Below are positions 62,660 to 64,000 of a DNA stretch of 64,000 nt, piece after piece. Source of the stretch: Trypethelium eluteriae (Eukaryota); NCBI GenBank assembly GCA_051942245.1, contig JAVECL010000064.1:1-64000 (forward strand), read 5' to 3'. Position 1 is the first letter of the stretch; the number at the start of each line of letters is the position of its first letter. The position numbers were made by a program, and so were the translations under genes. The notes beneath the pieces were generated by a model. It was not told where the DNA came from and did not search any database. It saw only the letters and a list, made by a program, of their open reading frames with translations.

Positions 62660-63349
62660 CGTGGAGGTGGTGACGAAGAACTGCTTTGCAAGAAGCTGGC
62701 ATAGATGGACTTTGTAGTCCTGATTATGTTTGGAAGATTATGCTAAGAAAGGGAAAGGACCTGGTGGGAGAGTCTTATACGAATGAGTAGTGACAATAGT
62801 AGATGTCATAGAGTAACACGATGACATGACGTAGGTCCAAAAGAAAAAGTGCACCAGTGTAGTGGGCGGTACCTGCAGTTGCCATGCTCTCCTTTGATCT
62901 CATGTTCTCGTTTCCTCGAGTCTTGAGGAAGGCGCTTCCCCATACATGTAACAAGACGTGCATCAAAGGCACGCACTTTTGTATTTGTGTCAAAATTTCG
63001 ATGCAGTCACCCATCGGTGCCAAGCGTGATGCGGTCAATCTCCGCAAACGATAAAGACTGCGTAATTTTCAGCACATTTGCCACCGCAGTTGTATAGTAT
63101 TTAAAAAACTGCATTATTAGTAACATTTGTTAAAAACAGGTATCTTTTGAAATAGACAGATTCTACTTCCTATCGTACCTCGGACTTGATCTGAAAAGTT
63201 GTTGGAAACCATATACAAAGATAGACACTATAATTTGACGCATTGGCAGCGCATAATGTAAACCCCAAAATCTAGATAATAAGACGATTGGTACGTATAT
63301 CAGCGCACGTAAGCATAGCCAACCATGGAATAAATTATGCATATCCAAA

Positions 63350-64000
63350 CTAGTCTGAATTGGATTTGGATAGAATGAATAATTGCGTAATTATCCGTAG
63401 TTGTGTCTAATCCCCTGTTAGTTTGGAAATTAGTTTCCGCACTAAAAAATTCTTCCATCTGACCTTTATATTATACCAAAATAGAGTTAAATTCTAAAGC
63501 TTTTTATATTACACCTTCTTCCAGAATTACTGCTGTATAACCTAAGAAAAAGACTTTAGATATTTATTAATATATGTGTTAGCTATGTGAGAATAAGCTT
63601 TAATTTAAGAGAGGATAGCCACTTCTTTATTATAATTATAATAAAGAATAATGTAAGTATTATACAGAAATAATTATAAATTTTTATAGCTATTTATAAG
63701 TAAAGCATAATATTATTAATAATACTTATATTTTATAAGCAAAATAGGCTGCGTATACCTAACTTGCTTAATTATATAAAGAAGTAATAAAGGATGTGTA
63801 TAAAGTTAACAAGCTTAAGAGTTAAGTTTTTAAATAACTTTTAAATAAAAAGCTTATTAAGAAAGTATTATTTAAACTTTTTATTATATAAAACCTTCTT
63901 TTTAGCCTTGCTAAATAACTAAAGTTTTACATAATAATAGCTTTATTTAATTTAGTAAGAGGTTTATTCCTTCCTTTAAGTAATAAAATCCTTACTTCTG
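63350..64000. repeat. AT-rich, RIP-degraded repeat block (runs off the window)
   Basis: Sharp GC drop, strong TpA excess, CpA/TpG depletion and no long ORF. The TE family is not recognisable. Confidence 0.8.

Noticed and set aside
62775..63348. ORFs bordering the AT-rich block
   Set aside because: No recognisable domain; possibly RIP-eroded sequence.

Overview
A 64-kb stretch of a filamentous ascomycete (Pezizomycotina) chromosome, judged from short GT-AG introns with CTRAY branch sites and recognisable fungal gene families. Positions 1-50 kb are mostly core genes: a conserved Ser/Thr-rich protein, a secreted orphan, a cutinase with a long Gly-rich arm, PEX19, UBC9, an ABC1/ADCK1 kinase, an SDR, COX18-like, VFA1, a C2H2 transcription factor flanked by about 7 kb and 3 kb of gene-free DNA, YVH1, a SIW14-like phosphatase, ALG11, MLH3, a PDR ABC transporter and a nitronate monooxygenase. 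An intact, isolated Ty1/Copia gag N-terminal ORF with no LTR or pol sits among them at 7.1-7.5 kb. From about 50 kb the window becomes an accessory compartment. It holds a decayed alpha/beta hydrolase, two Mutator-like non-autonomous elements each carrying a nested TA-flanked palindromic MITE, a small secreted protein, a secreted protein whose CNF1/CheD-like catalytic motif lacks its Cys and His, a HeLo-like/ankyrin pseudogene, a myristoylation-motif F-box protein and a NuiA-like protein, ending in an AT-rich RIP-like block. All gene models and alignments were made by hand; family assignments come from recalled motifs, not database searches.
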